Shown in pieces: positions 58,268-64,000 of a stretch of DNA of 64,000 nt. Numbering within the stretch: position 1 is the stretch's first letter; each line of letters begins with the position of its first letter. The translations under genes and the position numbers were made by a program. This DNA comes from Stegostoma tigrinum (Eukaryota). The notes under the pieces are model-generated. The model was given only the letters and a program-made list of their open reading frames with translations, did not search any database and had not been told where the DNA came from. The DNA is taken from assembly GCF_030684315.1 (NCBI RefSeq), contig NC_081394.1:5612163-5676162 (forward strand), read 5' to 3'.

Positions 58268-58567
58268 GATCATAGAATGCCTACAGTGTGGAAACTGGTC
58301 TTCGGCCCAAAAAGTCCACACCGACTCATACAGCATCACACCCTGACACATCCCCCTATAAACCCACCTAATCTACACATCCCTGAACACTACAGGCAAT
58401 TTAGCATGGCCAATCCACCTAATGTGCACATTTTCTGGCTGTGGGAGGAAATCCACACAGACATAGGGAGAATGTCTGTGTGGAGTTTGCACAGTTGCCC
58501 AAGGGTGGAATCAAACCTGGGTTCTGGCGCTGTGGGGCAGCAGTGCTAACCAGTGAGCCACCATGCC
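58268..58567 (-). mobile_element. HE1-like SINE
   Basis: Reverse-strand match to 17992-18292. Confidence 0.75.
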
Positions 58568-59075
58568 AGGGAGATAGTGATTTAGGTTTAATACTAGAAA
58601 TGATGTGTTTTATTCCTGGTCAGTGTGGGGGAATAGCTATTGATTAAAGACTTGGAATTCCCTCTCAATAAGGGCAATGAATCCTTGACTCACATCCCCA
58701 CTTAAATTTCTGTATTATTTCTAGATAAGGCTATACTCTGTTGAAAGATATTTCTATCCCTTCTTTTCCATGGCACTGTTCATCTTGTTTCTGGAAACTG
58801 TTAATTGTTGAATGGAGTTCCTGTAAATGATGTGCTCTCTGCTCCATATTTGGGTAGGGAACCACTGAGAAAATACTACATAGAAAATCATGTGACTTCT
58901 AGGAACCTGGCACACCTTGCAGCTAGAGGACTACCAAACACCTGAACTGTAAGATAAATGTAGGGGAAATATAAGAAATCATTTAAAAATATATATATAT
59001 GCAAACAGAGGAGTTTTTTCGAATAACAGAAGACTTTTTGTCAGGTAGACAGATTAAAAGTCTTAAATGGCAACA

Positions 59076-59825
59076 CATAGACAATAGACAATAGGTGCAG
59101 GAGTAGGCCATTCGGCCCTTCGAGCCAGCACCACCATTCATTATGATCATGGCTGATCATCCACAATCAGTATCCTGTTCCTGCCTTATCCCCATAACCC
59201 TTGATTCCACTATCTTTAAGAGCTCTATCCATCTCTTTCTTGAAAGTATCCAGAGAGTTGGTGTCCACAGCCTTCTGGGGCAGAGCATTCCACATATCCA
59301 CCACTCTCTGGGTGAAGAAGCTTTTCCTCAACTCTGTTCTAAATGGCCTACCCCTTATTTTTAAACTGTGTCCTCCTGGTTCTGGACTCAACCATCAGCG
59401 GAGATATGCTTCCTGCCTCCAGAGTGTCCAATCCCTTAATAATCTTATATGTCTCACTCAGATCCCCTCTCATCCTTCTAAATCAAGTGTATACAAGCCC
59501 TGTCGCTCCGATCTTTAAACATATGATAGTCCCGCCATTCCGGGAATTGACTTCGTGAACCTACGTTGCACTCCCTCAACAGCCAGAATGTCCTTCCTCA
59601 AATTTGGAGACTAAAACTGCACACAATACTCCAGGTGTGGTCTCACCAGGGCCCTGTACAGCTGCAGAAGGACCTCTTTGCTCCTATACTCAATTCCTCT
59701 TGTTATGAAGACCAGCATGCCATTAGCTTTCTTCACTGCCTGCTGTACCTGCATGCTTGCTTTCATTGACTGATGTACAAGAACACCTAGATCTCATTGT
59801 ACTTCCCCTTTACCTAACTTGACTC
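59076..59825 (-). mobile_element. CR1 LINE 3' fragment (same subfamily as 9104-10040)
   Basis: Near-identical to 9104-9806; ACAATAG tail. Confidence 0.9.
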
Positions 59826-60134
59826 CATACTCAGGAACACAGAGAGGGCAGCCATCTTAGAACACAAAAGGATTGATTTCACCACTAACTCCCTTCTGAA
59901 AAGTTGAGACAACACTGAAAATAAATTGTGAGTAGAGTTTTTAACAAAATCTTATTTGATTGAACACCAAATGCTTTTAAGGTGCTTATAAGGCAGCACA
60001 CATTTAAAGTCGAATAGTCATGTTACAACTATCTTTGATATTCTTATCATACAATATTCATTCCTATAACGTAATTTAGAACTGATTATTACAATAAACA
60101 TTCACAAGCAATTTAGAAAAGCCTGGGCCTTTTT

Positions 60135-60515
60135 TTCCCTGAAGGGCCAGAGCCTGAGGGGGTGACCTTATAGAGGTTTTTAAAATCATGAGGGGCATGG
60201 ATAGGGTGAATAGCCAAGGTCTTTTTCCTAGGGTGAAGAAGTCCAAAACTAGACAGCATAGGTTTAAGGTGAGAAGGGAAAGATTTTAAAATGACTGGAG
60301 GGGTAACTTTTTCATGAGAGAGTGGTGCATGTATGGAATAAGCTGCCAGAGGAAGTGGCAGCGACTGGTACAAATACAACATTTAAAAGGAATCTGGATG
60401 GGTACATGATTAGTTTAGAGGGATATGGGCCAAATGCTCGCAAAAGGGACTAGGTCAGATTGGGATGTCTGGTCAGCATGGACAAAGCCTCTGTTTCCAC
60501 ACTGTATGACTCCAA
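60135..60515 (+). mobile_element. CR1 3' remnant
   Basis: GDLIEVFKIMRGMDRVNSQGLFPR. Confidence 0.75.
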
Positions 60516-60679
60516 AACTACCTATCCTGCCCAAATTGCACCCTCCTCGTCTGATTCCAATTAAACCATTCATTGGAACAACACACCACTAACCAGATAC
60601 CATAGAATAGCCTTAAATGCCCACTGTGCTCCCGAGCAGGCACTGTCAGTTTGGAACAGTAGCCGTCATGTTCCCCAGC

Positions 60680-60910
60680 CGTGGCACCAAACAGAAAATT
60701 CGGGCACTGCTCTGTGAACAGGCACGTGGAGGTCCTTGTGGATGGGGCAAAGCAGAAGATGAATATCCTCATCCCTAGGGCTATCAAAGGGCACCACCAT
60801 ACCAGACCATGCCAGTCTGTCCCAAATCGCCACCTGAGTCAGTGCCACCTGGAGAAATGTCCAGCAATGTAGGAAGGAGGTCAGTGATCTGCTTCATTCT
60901 GCCAGGGAGT
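60680..60910 (+). mobile_element. Degenerate Myb/SANT-like coding remnant, probably from a PIF/Harbinger transposon
   Basis: RKF...VEVLVDG..QK..ILIP then, after a frameshift, QIAT*VSATWRNVQQCRKEVSDLLHSAR. Confidence 0.55.
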
Positions 60911-61349
60911 GTCACCATCTGTTAAGTCTCACTATTCCTTCTCTGCATCTGTACCCACCTGCCACCTAAGGCCAATGCTCCACCCCTCTCACTCGTGCAT
61001 GCAGCAGCTTTCTTTCTTTACTTTCATTCACGCAAACCTTCTGCATGACTAACCCTACCTGCCGTCTGTGCTGTTTACTCACTCCCTCAGTTATGCTTCT
61101 CTGCCATTTCCCCCACGAACACCAACATGAACAGCTGTGCCAATCAGTAACATCTCTCTTAATAAATCCAGGACCAAACAGGCCACAACAGAGAAGAAAT
61201 AGAAAAGATGGAATGGACTGACTAACATTTACCCACATACCTCTTATGAGGAGTGCATCCTGAGGATGTCGTTAAATGACTTCTTACCAAATGTTTGAAA
61301 ATATTATTGAAGGGCTGAGTTTGTTAAGGGGGTATTATTGTTCTATTCA

Positions 61350-62390
61350 CTTGCAGGATGTAGGTGTTGCTGTCTGGCTACCTTTTATTGGTGGTGAGCT
61401 GCCTTCTTGGTGAGTGACTTGGAAGGGAACTTGCAGGTGTATCTGTTGCCCTTGTTCTTCTGGGTGGAAGTGGTTGTGGTGCTGTTTAAGGAGCCTTGAT
61501 GAATTTCTGCAGGGTATCTTTGAGATAGTATACACTGCTGCTACTGAGTGTTGTTGGTGGAGGGACTGAATGCTTGTGGATGCAATGCCAATCAGGCACG
61601 CTGCTTTGTCCTGGATGGTGTCCAGTATCTTGAGTGTTGTTGGAGCTGCATCCTTCCAGGCAAGTGGGGAGAGTATTTCATCATACTCCTGACTTACGTC
61701 TTACAGGTGATGGACAGACTTTGGAGGTGTCAGGAGGTGAGATAACTGGTACAGTATTCCTCACCTGAAACCTGCTCTTGCAGCCATTGTGTTCATGTGA
61801 CAAGTCTAGTTGAATTTCTGGTCAATGGTAACCCCAAGGATTTGATAGTAGGGGGTTCAGTGATGATAAAACCATTGAATGTCAAAAGATGGTGGTTAGA
61901 TTGTCTCTTATTGAAGATAGTTATTGCCTCGCATTTTTATGGCATGAATGTTACTTTCCACTGGTCAGCCCAAGCCTGGACATCAACCAGTCGTGTCTCA
62001 TTTGAGCATGAACTGCTTTCGTATCTGAGTGTCATGAATGGTGCTAAACATTGTACAATCGGAGGTGAACATCACCACTTCTGACCTTATGATGGAGTAA
62101 CTCCAACAGCCACGACATCTTCCACATCCCAGGTATAACTCCAACCAGAATTTGCTTGATATCCATTGATTGCAGTTTTACGAGTGCCCCTTCATGCAGT
62201 TGAATGTAGCCTTGATGTCAAGGGCTGTCACGCTCACCTCACCTCTGGAATTCATCTCTTTTGTCCATGTTTGAACCAAGACTGTAATGAGGTCAGGAAC
62301 TGAGTGGCCCTGGCAGAACCGAAACTGGGCGTTGCTAAGCAGGTGCTGCTTGATAGCACTGTTGGTTACAGCTTCCATCACTTTCTGATT
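61350..62390 (-). mobile_element. Old CR1/L2-superfamily LINE remnant
   Basis: KVMEAVTN..IKQHLLSNAQFRF.QGHS.PDLIT.LVQ.W..E....EV.VTALDIKATF. Confidence 0.75.
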
Positions 62391-62589
62391 TATATTATTG
62401 AGGGAGGCATTATTGAAGGATGATGACATTCTTGAAGGGGTTATGACTGAGTGATTATGATATTATAGAGGGAGTTATTATTGAAGAGAGATGATAATTA
62501 TTAAAGGTGTGCCATTTTTTAAGGATGTTGCTATTATTGAAGGATTGTGATATTCTTAAAATGATTTTTACTCATATTTGGGTCACTTT

Positions 62590-62875
62590 TAGCGGCTCAA
62601 TTGGTGCTCTTTCACCTGGAGGTTTCTTCTCGTCCGTTGTTTTGATTCGAGGTTTGAAATCTGAAAGGCGCGCAGGCGCACGGTGGCTCGAGCCGGCGGA
62701 GGTCTGCGCTTGCGCGGGGCTCGAGCCGTCAAGCTAAGCGGAGGGTTGCGCTTGCGCGGGTGACGTTTTAGCGCCGCGCCGTGCGTTCGTTTCACTGAGC
62801 TCGGCGGGAAAGTGGTGCAGCGAGAGGTGGAGGGGAAAATAGAGACAGAGAGGGCAAGTAGAGAGATTGAGGGGT
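62590..62875. promoter_or_regulatory. CpG-rich promoter of a neighbouring gene
   Basis: Dense CpG; three NRF1-like GCGC(A/T)(G/T)GCGC; TGACGT; E2F GGCGGGAAA at 62803-62811; CHR-like TTTGAA at about 62653. Confidence 0.7.
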
Positions 62876-62879
62876 AAAG

Positions 62880-64000
62880 TGGGATGGGGAATGTGGGGGG
62901 GGGAGAATGGGGAATGGGGGGGGGGGGGAATGGGGAATGGGGGGGGGGGGGGAATGGGGAATGGGGGGGGGGGGGGGAATGGGGAATGGGGGGGGGGGGG
63001 GAATGTGGGGGGGGGGAGAGAATGGGGGGGGAGAATGGGGGGTGGAGGAGAATGGGGGGGGGGAGAATGGGGGGGGGAGGAGAATGGGGGGGGGGGAGAA
63101 TGGGGGGGGGGGGAGAATGGGAATGGGGGGGGAGAGAATGGGGGGGGGGAGAATGGGGAATGGGGAATGGGGGGGGGGGAATGGGGAATGGGGGGGGGGA
63201 GAATGGGGAATGGGGGGGGGGGAGAATGGGGAATGGGGGGGGGAGAATGGGAATGGGGGGGGGGAGAATGGGGAATGGGGGGGGGGAGAATGGGGAATGG
63301 GGGGGGGAATGGGGAATGGGGGGGGGAATGGGGAATGGGGGGGGGGAATGGGGAATGGGGGGGGGGGGAATGGGGAATGGGGGGGGGGAATGGGGAATGG
63401 GGAATGGGTGGGGGGGGGGAATGGGGAATGGGGGGGGGGAGAATGGGGGGGGGGAGAATGGGGAATGGGGGGGGGAGAATGGGGAATGGGAATGGGGGGG
63501 GGGAGAATGGGAATGGGGGGGGGGAGAATGGGGAATGGGGGGGAGAGAATGGGGAATGGGGGGGGGGAGAATGGGGAATGGGGGGGGGGGAGAATGGGGA
63601 ATGGGGAATGGGGGGGGGGAGAATGGGGGGGGGGAGAATGGGAATGGGGGGGGGGAGAATGGGGAATGGGGGGGGGGAGAATGGGGAATGGGGGGGGGGG
63701 AGAATGGGAATGGGGGGGGGAGAGAATGGGGAATGGGGGGGGGGGAGAATGGGGAATGGGGGGGGGAGAATGGGGAATGGGGGGGGGGGAGAATGGGGAA
63801 TGGGGGGGGGGAATGGGGAATGGGGAATGGGGGGGGGAGGAGAATGGGGAATGGGGGGGGAGGAATGTGGGGGGGGGAGAATGGGAATGTGGGGGGGGGG
63901 AGAATGGGAATGTGGGGGGGGGGAGAATGGGGAATGTGGGGGGGGGGGAGAATGGGGAATGTGGGGGGGGGGAGAATGGGGAATGTGGGGGGGGGGGAAT
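62880..64000 (+). repeat. G-rich (G)n-(GA)GAAT simple tandem repeat
   Basis: Over 1.1 kb of GGGG(G)nAAT/GAGAAT units running off the window end. Confidence 0.97.

Noticed and set aside
62880-64000. Telomere or GGAAT satellite
   Set aside because: No TTAGGG units and irregular G-runs; a simple low-complexity repeat

Overview
Vertebrate genomic DNA, almost certainly from a shark. This is inferred from HE1-type tRNA/V-SINEs, shark-type CR1 tails and abundant Penelope elements. Roughly half or more of the window is retroelement debris: CR1 LINEs (one nearly full length), Neptune- and Poseidon-type Penelope-like elements (PLEs) with hammerhead-ribozyme motifs, a decayed Tx1 LINE, SINEs and a Harbinger Myb remnant. 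Among these, and invisible to the ORF track, is a cluster of small type I membrane Ig-superfamily genes with a B7/butyrophilin/MOG-like V domain. One six-exon gene on the minus strand ('gene C', 43468-55562) is fully in frame and encodes 244 aa: leader, single IgV, Pro/Thr stalk, TM and a long tail. A plus-strand paralog ('gene B', 16893-26898) has a 90-codon six-cysteine shrunken Ig-like exon in place of IgV, an Arg at the TM start and a short tail. There is also a pseudogene ('gene A', 8266-15547) and the last exon of a further paralog (686-844). A 2663-bp inverted duplication (4181-6843 / 15193-17855) sits inside a TSD-flanked Penelope-derived short element. The window ends in a CpG-rich promoter followed by a G-rich repeat. 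There is a 135-N assembly gap at 19411-19545. Exon models were derived by hand from splice signals and phases. TE boundaries are approximate.
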